DNA from: Somniosus microcephalus
Taxonomy: Eukaryota
DNA length: 64,000 nt
Reading direction: 5' to 3'
Assembly (NCBI GenBank): GCA_052327205.1
Contig: CM126212.1
Location: 204,910,001-204,974,000, forward strand
The notes below the pieces were generated by a model, which was not told the DNA's origin, searched no databases, and was given only the letters and a program-made list of their open reading frames with translations. Positions 23,281-35,400 of this stretch are shown here, piece by piece (the stretch's first letter is position 1; every line of letters starts with the position of its first letter). The translations under genes and the position numbers were made by a program.

Positions 23281-24029
23281 GAGGCGGAGAGAGGTGAGAA
23301 TTGGCAACTTAAGAAAACGGCACTAATCAAAGAAGTATAAGATTATATAAAATTCACCTAAGGTTAATATTGCCTTGTAATGCCTCTTTTGAGCTGTTGG
23401 TGTCATCCTTTGCTCAAATTACTCTCTAACATTTCTGTAAAGCATTCCAAAACTAAATTGATTCATTAAACTAAAATGTCATAATTGTGGGAGTGATAGA
23501 CAGATAGTTACCTTACTTATTACAGGAACTAAGAAAAAAAGTTGGAAGACTAAAAGTAATGGCTCATTGACACAAAAATAAAAAAATTGCTAAGAATTAA
23601 CTCATAAATTAATATAAAGTTTAAGTTTTTAAAATGATCTTTACCTGTTCCATTTAATTCCCATGCAGAACAACAAGTAGCACGTAGTAAAAGCAAAGGA
23701 TTAACTCTGAAACCATTCACCTCACAACATAAAATACTTTGAAACACCATATCTAGCTATTGAATGAAGTACAGCAGCACTGGACTCTGTATAGGCACAA
23801 TTGTGTGTACTGTTTACAACACCGTGGCTTAAACTGCAGTCCCAAGGTCACAGAATGTACAGTAAAACATAGCCATCAATTACGAGCACAAACATTGACA
23901 AATAAACATCAGACAGTACAGTTGACACTGCATAGAAAAACACAGTCCAGGTCAGCACTGAAACACTGCCAAAAATTGCACGGAAAACTTTTCTCTTTTA
24001 GCTAAAAATCACCATCCTCTTATTTTTTT

Positions 24030-24164
24030 TTAGGAAGCCTGGACTTGTTTTGGTCCTACTGCAACGCCATTACAGTCGAGAATATACTGTAAACAACCTT
24101 GTGGTGGTGGTCGCTGCTGAGGAAATGAGCCTGGCTGTGTCTGTGCCTCCTTCAAACTTCCACT
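24030..24164 (-). CDS. SYN2: Synapsin II exon: shared 67 nt (24164-24098, internal donor G|GTTGTT for SYN2a) plus read-through SYN2b C-terminus
   Basis: Acceptor ttgcag. Translates SGSLKEAQTQPGSFPQQRPPPQ-GCLQYILDCNGVAVGPKQVQAS*, the recognisable synapsin IIb tail. TAA at 24032-24030. Confidence 0.93.
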   Translation of the reverse strand, partial: SGSLKEAQTQPGSFPQQRPPPQGCLQYILDCNGVAVGPKQVQAS

Positions 24165-24314
24165 CTGCAATAGAAAAGATTGAATTCAAAATCGGTCTGG
24201 TATTTAGATAGAATCTATTTACATTGGTAGAATTGGTCAAGGAAGTTCTGATGTGCCACCAATAGCCACTCAAAGATACTGCCGAACGTGTTCACCAACT
24301 GCTTATTGGTTATG

Positions 24315-24432
24315 ATTATTTCCTACATTACAACAGTAACTACACTCCAGAAAAGTACTTCATTGGCTGTAAAGCGCTTTGGGATGTCCGGTGGTCATGA
24401 AAGGCGCTACATGAATGCAAGCCTTTCTTTTT
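24315..24432 (+). mobile_element. 3' end of a Deu-domain SINE
   Basis: tacattacaacag...aagtacttcattggctgtaaagc shared with the copy at 52045-52465. Confidence 0.7.
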
Positions 24433-25208
24433 ATGAATGAAATACTTCCGACAAGGGTGGCTTGTTTATGATTGGTGCATTTAATTATTAAAGTAGTAGC
24501 TTGAAAATAACTATTCAAACCTTGGATTTGAGGAAAAAAAGCAAACAATTCACCATAGGAGATTTTGTTTTCACATATAAGGTCTATTTTGGTTCTAGTG
24601 TCTTTGTTTTAATCCACTACTCCTCACCCCCATCACCGTGACGAGCTGTTGAACAGTACATGAAAACAATTGGGACCATCTTAGGCCACATGAGGTGTTA
24701 AGTGAGGGTAATAAGCCACACTAGGAGATGAATAACGATAGCAGGGCCACTCTCAGTCAAGCTTCTTCTATTTTAAATGCCAAAATGATGTTGCCAGCAC
24801 AGTTTGCATGTCATATACTGGTGCTGGCTGCAATTCATAGGAGGATGCTACCGTCAGCTGCATTTAAAATGCTCATGCTACTGATAGTTTCGTTTAAATG
24901 GGAAATTCTGCTGCTGTAGGTCAGAATGGCATTATGAAAGATATTTTATAAAGCTTGGCCACTAATGGAAAATTTAGCTGCTGCTGCACATACTGTATAA
25001 CAATATTACTGTTACAAAGAATTCTGCTTCTTGATTCCAGTCCTTTTCTTGAATGATCAAAGGAAACATTAGGATTGAATGACCAGTAGTCTAGTAGCCA
25101 GGATAATATTGTACCTGATTGCTTTATAAGGAAGGTAAACGGTAGTTAGATTACATCAAGGTGCTGAACTTATTTACTGACGTCTTATAGTATAACAGCA
25201 ACATGTTA

Positions 25209-25541
25209 CAGGAAACTTTCGATTAACCAGCCCCTAAATAACCGGAAATGTTGGTTAACCGGCAAAATTCAGGAGTCGGTTTCAGCTAACTTTTATAACT
25301 TTTATTACTTGCACAGCAACAAATTGAGGAAGGCAAGGGTTTGGCTGTAGCTGTTGCTAAGCTACAGAGACGCTTGCAACTTATGGACGTTCTTCTGAAG
25401 CTGTTGCTAAGCAACAGGGTTTGTTGCTTCATACGGAGCTCTAAGGTCCGTATCTTTCACTATAGCGTTTGGTTATCCGGAATTGTTGCTGAACCGGCAC
25501 CACGTTGGTCCCATCCGTGCCGGATACCAGAAAGTTTCCTG
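25209..25541. mobile_element. Tc1/mariner-pogo (Tigger-like) MITE
   Basis: TIRs caggaaactttc / gaaagtttcctg flanked by TA on both sides. Confidence 0.8.
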
Positions 25542-25664
25542 TACTTCCATAGTAACAAATATTACTGAAAGATTTAGGTCTCCCATGTCCTGCACTTTAA
25601 ATATATGCAATAAAAAAAAGACAAGCACATTAGATAAGTTAATATTTCTTTCTGCTTTGCTTGC

Positions 25665-25814
25665 CTGTGGTTGCTGCGTGGCAGTAGGTCTCTGAAGTGA
25701 CGGAATAGGTGTTCTTGGTATCAGTTGGTTCATTTTGGCTAAAACCAGTTCAGTTAGAAGTTCTCTGTCTTCTGCCTGGTGCTCCCCAATCAATGGCATT
25801 GTACAGTCCATGAC
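25665..25814 (-). CDS. SYN2: Synapsin II coding exon (end of domain C / start of Pro-rich region), 150 nt
   Basis: Translates VMDCTMPLIGEHQAEDRELLTELVLAKMNQLIPRTPIPSLQRPTATQQPQ, matching mammalian SYN2 as I recall it (VMDCSMPLIGEHQVEDRQLITELVISKMNQL...QQPQ). Acceptor ttttacag; the donor that keeps frame is CAG|GCAAGC. Confidence 0.93.
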
Positions 25815-26002
25815 CTGTAAAAGATCATAAATGTGTACCTGTTGTGCTGGTGAGAAAGTGCTTCATACCATCACAAACGCTGGTGAAACAACATAATTGA
25901 TTTCAAAACATTGGATGACTTAATCTAAAGCTGTCTGATATAAGCAAAAACCAGACCAGCGTCAGTCTGTAATTCTGCTGCTCTCATTTATATTCTCACT
26001 TA

Positions 26003-27760
26003 GGGCTGAATTTTGCCGGCGCTCAGAGGGCGGGTTTGGAGGCGGGTCCGCTGTCAAAATGGCAGTGATTGACAGCGGGGCGGAAGTCTGCTCGGAACTC
26101 GCCTCCTTGTTAATCTCCCAAGTGCTGGCTCTGCCTGCGGTTTGCAGACCCAGCACTAAGCGGCGGGTCAGGCAATTGAGATACTTAAGAAGCTGCTTAA
26201 AGGTATTTAAACAGCATTTTACCAAGTCCTAATGATTTTTCCATGTTTTTCACGAGGTTCCCAGCGCTCGGGGATCACATCAGGTAAGTGTGTCGGGTTC
26301 TCAATGACGCTGCATTGCTGTGAATAGTTGACAGCTGCAAAAGTGGTATAAAAGCTACCATTTCACAGCTGTTCAATTTCCAATATTAGAGGCTGGAGCC
26401 TTCAGGATTTGGAACACACTTTTCAGCTTTATGGAGGTTTAAAGTGTTTGGAACAAACTCTCTATCCAGTGTCACCTCCTTGGAGCAACCTCATTAGTGA
26501 CAGATCTCAGCTTCATCTGCCATCTATTACATCAGTATCGGTGCCCTTGAAAAAATCTTACCTTGGTCCTCAGAATCCCACCACGATCAGCCCCAACACC
26601 AGCAGCACCAGGCACACCAGCAGCACCAACAACAGTACCAACCTTCTCCGCAACCAACTGATGCTGCATCAGCACCCGAGCACATTGCTGCCCAGGAGGC
26701 CAGGGATGGCCTCACCATGGCCAGATTTACTTCACTTGACGCTGTACACCCTGGCTGCCACATGATACGCTTGGTTGGCACCACCCCACACCAACACCAT
26801 AAAGCATCCCTACAATGCCCAAGCCATTCCTTTCACACTCATCACCATTGCTGGAGATTCCATTATGTCTCACCATTCACTGCAACTCACTAAGCCACTT
26901 CCAAAGGTGCACACAAATCTGTCCAAGAACACAAAGTGTTGAAAATAAAGATTTCAATGTTTGACAGCACATTAACAGAATCATTATATGAACATTGGCG
27001 ATAACACCCAACTGCCTACACTTGTGTGTTGTTAATTGGTATGATTGGACAAGGATGAGGGTGAGTGTGAGGGGTGGCTAGTGAGATGGGGAAGTGATAA
27101 TGTAGATAGAAAAGTATGGGTGGAGGTGTAAGGTAAGTTAGTGTGAGTAAGGATGTGCAGGAGTAGGGTAGGGAAGGCAGAGTCATGGGGATGTGATGAG
27201 TGGCACAGCAGGATGAGGTTGAGTGTGGCTTTGCAGTAACGTTTTGTGATCTACTGAGATAATTGAAAGGTTTGCGCCAATGCAGCCTGGCCCTCCTGAT
27301 GACATCCCTGCTTGTGTCCTCCTGTGCAATGTGCAACCAAGCTGCACTGGTCTCCTGTGGTGGTCTCTTCCGCCCATTAGAAGGGAAGAGAACCTCCCTG
27401 TGTGCTGTGACTCCCTCCATAAGCATATGGAGGAGACATAGGAGAGCCTGGGTGCAGCCGTGCACCTTTGTGCAGTGATTGTCAGTGTTTGTAGCACCTA
27501 AATGTTGTAGAACACGGACAGCAGAACTGTCAAAATGATTGTGGACATGACCCCTTTAAGGAAACCGGCTGATGACGCGTCATCAAATGACGTCATCAGA
27601 CCCGCTTCCTTTTAATTGGCCAGGAACCTTACAGGGCGGGCTTAACAAGCCCCATCAATGGAAAATCTTGTTGGAGGCCTGGATTGAGACAGATGCAGGT
27701 TCCGCATACGCCACGGACGTCGCCCGCCCCGGACCCGCTGAGGTTGGAAAAATCCAGCCC
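26003..27760. mobile_element. Non-autonomous Harbinger derivative, related to 1192-8382 and in opposite orientation
   Basis: TIRs gggctgaatttt / aaaatccagccc. 26540-27000 is the reverse complement homolog of about 5620-6100. Myb/SANT exon 1 on minus at about 27240-27465. Confidence 0.8.
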
Positions 27761-28001
27761 ATGTTGTGCCATTCTTTTCATATGTAATTCCACATGACTA
27801 TATGGTTCTATACTGTTAGCTCCCTTTGCAAAGAACTTCAATTATGCCCTTTTACTATTGTTCTTCTATGAGTCCAGGCCATTTTATATTATATCAGATT
27901 AGTACCACTGACACAGATATAGGTTGTCACTGTAATGATACAGAACAAATAGGTGTTGCTGCTCCCACCACTACTGCAGCACTATTTTATGTAGAAATAA
28001 A

Positions 28002-28838
28002 GGGGGCGATTTTCTCAGCCCCGAGGAGGCAGGGATGGAGGCAGGTCTGCCGGGAAAATGGCAGAATTTGGGGGTGGGTGCCCAACCCGCCCCCAACTCA
28101 CCTCCGTGCCCTCTTGCCAGGAAGTGGGAAGCCGTCCCGCGCCAGGTCCCGTCTCCTTGGAGGCGGGAAGGGATTAAAGCCTATTAACTGCCTGTTAACA
28201 GGTAGTTAACAGGCAGAAAATAGGATTATCCCCATTTTGTGCCCTGAAGTGCATGCTTTCCGACCTGGGGGAACCCCGCCAGGGTGTAGGAGGCGAGCAG
28301 TGGGTCTGCGGGGGTCTGCGGGGTCTGAAAGTGCGCTGTAGAGGTGAGTGATGGGTACAAATGTGGAGTGGTAAGTATGTGAGGTGAGTGTAAAGTGTTA
28401 GAAAATGTTAACTTACCTTAGTTTCTTCATGCAGCCTTCAGCCGCTGTGGAGCCGGAGTCCCCGACATCTCCATTGTAGAGATCACAGACTGGCTGCTGC
28501 ATCCTCCGATGCAACAGTCATCTGATTTCTGCAAAGTAAAAAGGTTTGATGAGTCCTGAACACCAGGACTCATCAAACTACACAGAATGTCAGTGTTTGA
28601 CAGCTTCACAGAGCTGTCAAATTATGACATTTCTTCTTTCAAAAATTCTTGACAGCTGACACTTCATACGTTGACGTGCTCTGCAACTGGCTTCGCCCTA
28701 ATTGGCCTGCTAAGCCCGCCGGGCACTTGGTCACTTGGGAAAATCCCACTGGTTGGCCAGAAGCTGATGGAGGCAGGACTGAAACCCGACAAGTGGGAGT
28801 CCCGCCTCCAAAAGCTTCCCATTGAGAAAATCACCCCC
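28002..28838. mobile_element. Harbinger-type MITE
   Basis: TIRs gggggcgattttctca / tgagaaaatcaccccc; internal homology to 48870-49330. Confidence 0.7.
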
Positions 28839-29619
28839 CAAGCCTTAGTTTTTAGTTCCAATCTTTGAAATGATAGAGAACTAACAAAGCAAATGAGAAT
28901 GTAAGAGAGGATGGAATGACAACAGGTCAGTTTGCACTATCATACAATAATTCAATACTTTACTCAGCTAATTTAATCTCCTAAGGGAGATAGATAACCA
29001 CAGCTAGTTGTTCAAGAAGATAAATTTCCTTGAAATGCCTTCTGAATCTCAAGACAACCTAAGAAATTGATTTAATTGTAAACTTATGTCAATATAAAGT
29101 AGTGCTGGTTGGAGCAGCAGCACCTATTGATTCTAATCAAAATTTATTTTATTATTAATTTTCTTTATTCAACCATCAGTTGCGTTTCATTGAAAACACT
29201 TTCATGAACCCAGCAACACAGGAGCCATCATGGTCGATAGAATATTTAATCATCTATGTCTGTGCTATCCTTATAACCTTCAATAGCATTCTAATCCAGA
29301 TATTCATTCAGATCATTTTTAAAGGAATTAATTGGCATAGCATGAACTGCTTTTGTTAGGAGTCGCTTACACTTTTTTTTTGCTGTGCATTGGATACGCA
29401 GGAGTTGTTCAATAGCTGATTTTTGTATTGCATCATCGACACCAAGATAAATGTTACAAATTCTTTATTTGATGGATAGTGTAAGTTGTTCAACATTATT
29501 GCAAACACTGCAATCCACAGATTGACACACAATAACAGCTCACTAGTGATTTGTTTAATGTCTTACTAAAATCAAAATATATTCAGGACTATTTTGTCTC
29601 ACTACCCGCCCTGTGTACC

Positions 29620-30232
29620 CCTCCTGGCTGGCTTCCCACCTTGCACCCTCTGTAAACTTGAGCTCATTTAAAACTCTGCTGCCCATGTCCTAACTCGCAC
29701 CAAGTATCGTTCACCCACCAACTCTGTGCTCGCTGATCTACATTGGCTCCCAACTGGTAATGCCTCGATTTTAAAATTTTCATCCTTGTTTTCAAATTCC
29801 TCCATGGCCTTGCCCCCCTCCCTATCTCTGTAACTTCCTCCAACCCTACAACTCTCCGAGATCTCTGTGCTCCTCCAATTCTGGCCTCTTGCGCATCCCC
29901 GATTATAATCGCTCTACCATTGGCGGCTGCGCCTTCAGCTACCTGGGCGCTCAGCTCTGGAAATCCCTCCCGAAACCTCTCCGCCTCTCTATCTCTCTCT
30001 CCTTCTTTAAAAGGCTCCTTCAAACCAGCAACTACAGTAACACTCTCTGCACTCAAAGTGGACTATATCTTTCATACCTTTTATAAAACCTCTTTGACCA
30101 AGCTTTTGATCACCTGTCCGAATATCTCCTTATGTGACTCGGTGTAAAATTTTGTTTGATAACGCTCCAGTGAAGTGCCTTGGAATGTTTTACTACGTTA
30201 AAAACGCTATATAAATTCAAGTTGTTGTTGTT
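29620..30232 (+). mobile_element. L2-type LINE 3' fragment
   Basis: Homologous to 15680-16200; tail aagttgttgttgtt. Confidence 0.8.
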
Positions 30233-32451
30233 TATGCCTAGAAACAAGACGGTAGCGAGACAAAAATAGTTAATGAAACAGAACTGCTGACTTACCGCTG
30301 GTTGTCCAGTGTTCAGTGGATCTCGGTTTAGGCAGAAACAGGCAGGGGCCGAATGAATATGTGCAAATCGGGGTCAAATTATGTTGTCAAGACTCCTGAT
30401 GCATTTTTGTCTCATCTCACCCACAAACACGAGTGGCACAAGTCGAGAGGCGGCCACTTCCAGTGATATTTAAATGGATGGTCATCTGCTCTCGGGTAAA
30501 ACGCATTTTCCTAGTATTACAATGTGGTTTTTGTCTACCTAGACCATTTCTTGTAGTGGCTGTAAAACATTCTGAACTCTTAATAACCTTCTGGTAACGC
30601 CCGTTTTTCTTTATGGTGGTCTTTTCAGCAATTCCACTCTGGCAAGAGGAGGAGCGGCAGCAGGAAGAGGAAGAGGAGCAACACAGCTGCAATTGCAAAT
30701 AGAATGAGGTGTGCCTGCAGGAATCCTTATCCTCCCAACACAGTTCATAGACCCAAGATAGCATATCTGTACTTCTTAGAAAGGCAGTACATAAGGAGGC
30801 TGCACTTCTCTAGGGAGGCTGTCACAGAGTTGCAATGCCACCTGCAACAAGACCTGCAACCAACTACCACAGCTGGCAAAGCATTGCCTATTGCAGTCAA
30901 GGTTACTGAAATCCTTAACTTCTTAGCCTCAAGGTCCTTCCAGGCTGCCACAAGGGGTATCAGGTGATATTCAGTCTGCTTGCATTAAGCAGATGACATG
31001 TTACACTTTCATCACTTTCCCCGTGGACATCCGGAGCACCAGGGGTTCGTGCAGATTACAGGCTTCTCGCAAGTCCAGGGCCTCACTGACTGCTTCCACA
31101 TTGCCCCGAGGGCTCCTTCACTTTACCCCACTGCCATCATGAATTGCAAGGGCTTCCACTCCATTCACGTGCAACTGGTGTGTGATGTGGGAGCTCTCCA
31201 CACCTGCCTGCAGCCGGTGCTCTTTGGCAGAAGCTCATTAACTGTCATATCCGACATCTATCCGAGTCCTTCTACCCTCAAATAAACTACATCCGTCCAA
31301 AGACTAATAGTGATATTCATGTCAACTAACATTGCAGGGTCACCAGCAACTACAGAAACATTCTTTGCACTAAAGATTTCAAAATGGATTATATTTTTCA
31401 TACCTTGTATAGATGCCTAACACTAAATATCACCCGGGTGTGAGTCCCTTCATGCTTGTCTTAGGGGCTCTCTTCACTAATCTGATGCTCTGATGAGGTG
31501 CTTCCCCCAGTGGTTGCAGCATGGTAAGTGGAAAGTTGCTGTAGCTCACTCAAGGGCCTAGAGATTTGCACACCAAAAATTCCTGTACCTGAATGGTGAG
31601 GCTAAAGGCACATCTGATATTGGGCCTCGGGCCTAATTATCAACGAGCCGGTGATCTGCGGACACCAAGATGCTTGTGACGGTGACCTCTAGGAGTTCAG
31701 GCATGAGAGGGGGCAGCTGCAGACTGCAGCAACTCAGCAGATGCCAGGCCAGTCTCGCCCAGCTGGCTTTCTAGAACCAGGGCGGGCATTGGTTGAAGGA
31801 ACTTGCGAGAGTCCAGACATGACAACGTGTTCCCTTCTTGTTGCATGACTGCTACAGCTGCCAGGCTGTGGCCCAGCTCTCCCACTGATCTGTGAGAGAG
31901 CAGACTGTAGGAAATCTGTTATCCAACTGAAACCCCTTTCCATTTGGTCTCCCGGCTTGTGCAAGGCAGAGGAGATGATTGAGCCCAGAGCATTTATATC
32001 CCTAGTACGAGCATCCCTGAGACTGGTGCCACAGACTCCTACAGGGAAGGCCCAGCTGCAGCGTCCATTGAGGTGAATGTATGCTCCATGTTTGACTTCT
32101 GAGTGTTGATGCATCCAAAGGAACCCCACAGAAATTGGGTAGTGAACTCCTCCACAATCTGACATATTTTGCAAGCTCCCTGGCAAGGCCATCCACTGCA
32201 ATGAGCAATTACTGGTGCACAGAAAGCACCTTTCTTTTAAAGGCTCCTGAAATCTGCATCTCTGTGCACTTCAGTGGAGCTAGGATGCGAGCTTTCCCTT
32301 CAGTGAGCTGTTTTCCGGGTTATCCTTTCCGCCTTCACTTTCTTCTGTGGCACTGTGTTTGGTGAATCAGCTACTGTAGACCCCTCTAACTCACTGTCTA
32401 TACCACACAGCATGTCAATTTTTGAGCTGGGGCTTGGAAGCAAGTGGGTTG

Positions 32452-35400
32452 TGTAATGATATCAGCAAATAGTGATGATATTTGTCTGTGTTTGATTACT
32501 TATGCCATACAGCATATTTGTCTGTGTTTTTGATTACTTGTGCCTGACCAGCAGAGGTCATGTGAGAGACAAGCAGTCCAGAGGAGTTTTACTTTCAGTT
32601 TCATTCTAGCTGCATCACAGCATGGTGTGTTCTGTAAAAAGCTGTAGAAAGTCTTGAACAAGACTTTAGATTAAACAACATTCTCTTTCAGAAATGAGTC
32701 TTTATTGAACCCAAAAAGAAATCAAAACATGATGTCAGAAGTGGCTGAAAGAGAAAAAATCTGAAGTTAGCAACTTGATGGGACAGTGAAAGCAGTTGTG
32801 GCAAGTAAGCGAAATCAGCTCTCCACATATTAGCAAGCCAGAAGAGAACATCGTTGCTTACCATTAGAGAATAGCTAACGAAGTGAAAAAATGGAAGGTT
32901 TACTCCCACCGGCGACGCTTCAATTGACAGGTAATGTGGCTGAAAATTGGAGGAGATTCAAACAACGTGTAGGGTTGTATTTATCAGCAATCGGAGCTGA
33001 CGATAAAAGTAATAAACAGAAATCGTCACTGTTCTTACATGTCGTGGGTGATGCAGCGCTGGAGGTATATAATAATTTCATATTCGCTGTTGATGGAGAC
33101 AAAATGAAGCTAGATAAAATAATGGAACAGTTTGAGGCCTACTGCATACCTAAACGCAACGTGACCTTTGAGAGGCACAAATTTTTCACATGTGTACAGA
33201 AAATCGGCGAGACTATTGATCAGTATGTGACTGAACTGAGAAACCGAAGCAAATCGTGTGAATTTGGGGGACTGACAGACTCGCTGATAAAAGACAGACT
33301 GGTGTGTGGTATTCCAGATAATGGTCTAAGGGAAAGACTGCTAAGAGAGCAAGATCTAGACCTGGGAAAAGCCATAGCACTGTGTAGGGTTACAGAGACT
33401 GTGAAGTTGCAGGCAAAGGAGCTGTTCAGTGACAGTAGCTGCAACGTGGATGCAGTGAGAAAGAATGGATACAAACCGTTTAACAAAAAGAGCGCCAATG
33501 TGATAAAAGAGACGTGGCCAGCAAACGAAAATGAAAGGGACAATCGGAAGTCATGTAGTCGATGCGATACACAGCATCCACCAAGAAAGTGTCCAGCATA
33601 TGGTAAAACTTGCTATAGTTGCAACAAAAACAACCATTATGCCCGTTGCTGTAAGAACCAAGCGCAACAAAGCAAGGTCCATACAGTAGATGAAAGCGAG
33701 ATAGAGGAATTCAATGTAGATGTTGTGTCTGAAAACAAAAAAGAAAGAGACTGGATGTTGACACTAAAAGTGAACAACATACACATTCCATTTAAATTGG
33801 ATACTGGAGCACAAGTTAATGTGATATCAGAGACCGATTTTAAGAGAATTAGACCCAGACCAAAGTTACATGGAAAACAAGTGAAAGTGACCGGATACTC
33901 AGGTACTGATATACCAGTGAAAGGAAAATGCATTGTCAAAGTAACACACAAGGACAGAGAGCACACGCTAGCATTAATCGTGGTGCCAAAGGATGTGCAA
34001 GCCATACTAGGTTTAAAAGCCTGTGAGAGACTGAACCTGGTAAAGAGAGTCCTCATTGTGGAAAGCGAAGGAGAGACAGTCTATGATGAACTGAATGTTG
34101 CGTACACACCGGGTAAGCTGATGTATACAGCAGACACGTTGTCCAGAGCTGTTGACCCAAGTGAGCCTGCAAACACCACAATGGATGAAAAAGTGAACGC
34201 CTACGTGGACATGATCACAAGTGCACTGCCCATAGCAGATGCAAAAATGGAGCTCATAAAGACTGAGACAAACAAAGATGAAACAATGAGACGACTGAGA
34301 AAAAGCATCTTGGATGGATGGCCCAACATGAAGCAAGACTGCTCACCTGATATAGCAGAGTACTGGAACTGCAGGGCGGAACTATCAGTGGTCGAAGACA
34401 TCATCTACAAAGGAAGTAAAATAGTTATCCCAAAGAGTCTGAGAAGAGAGATGCTAAAAAAGATCCATGGAGGACATCTGGGAATCGAAAAGTGTAAGAA
34501 AAGAGCACGAGAGGTGATGTACTGGCCACGAATCAACCAAGATGTGACAAATGAGGTGTCAAACTGCACAATATGCCTGAAATATCGAGCAAGCAATCCG
34601 GTAGAACCACTAAAGCCACACCCAGCACCAGACAGACCTTACCAGAAGGTAGGCGCTGACCTATTCGTATGTCAAGGGAAGGACTATCTTGTCGTCACAG
34701 ACTATTACTCCCTGTATCCAGAGGTTTGTAGACTGTACACCACCACTGCAGAAGCTGTGATAAGAAGTATGAAAGCCATATTCTCCAGACATGGCGTGGC
34801 AAGCGAGGTCTTCACAGACAACGGACCCCAGTTTAACAATGCAAATTTCCGACACTTTGCCAAAGAGTGGGACTTTGTCCACACAACGTCAAGTCCTCAC
34901 TATCCACAGTCCAATGGACTAGTGGAAAAATCGGTCCAGACAGTGAAAAGACTGATGCACAAGGCAAAAGACAGTGGAACTGACTTCTACCAAAGCATGC
35001 TTGTATACCACACAACGCCGCTCGAGTGTGGTATGTCACCAGCCCAACTCCTAATGGGACGTCGGCTAAGGTCAAACCTACCCATCCCGGAGAACCTCCT
35101 GAAAACAAAAGAGGGGGAGAAAGTGAGGAAGTTCAAAGAGCAACAGAAAGAAAAGCAAAAGTACTACTATGACAGAGGAACACAAAACCTACCTGAACTC
35201 CACACTGGTGACCAAGTAAGGTTGAAAGACAAAACAAACACATGGGCTCAGAAGGGAACTGTCCTGAGTGAAGTTCAACCAAGATCATACACCATTCAGA
35301 CAGATGAGGGTGCTGTTCTGAGAAGAAATCGTCGAGATCTTCTCATGGGACCAGCCACAGCAGGTCAAGAGACTGAAACTGGTGAACAACCTGATCACAC

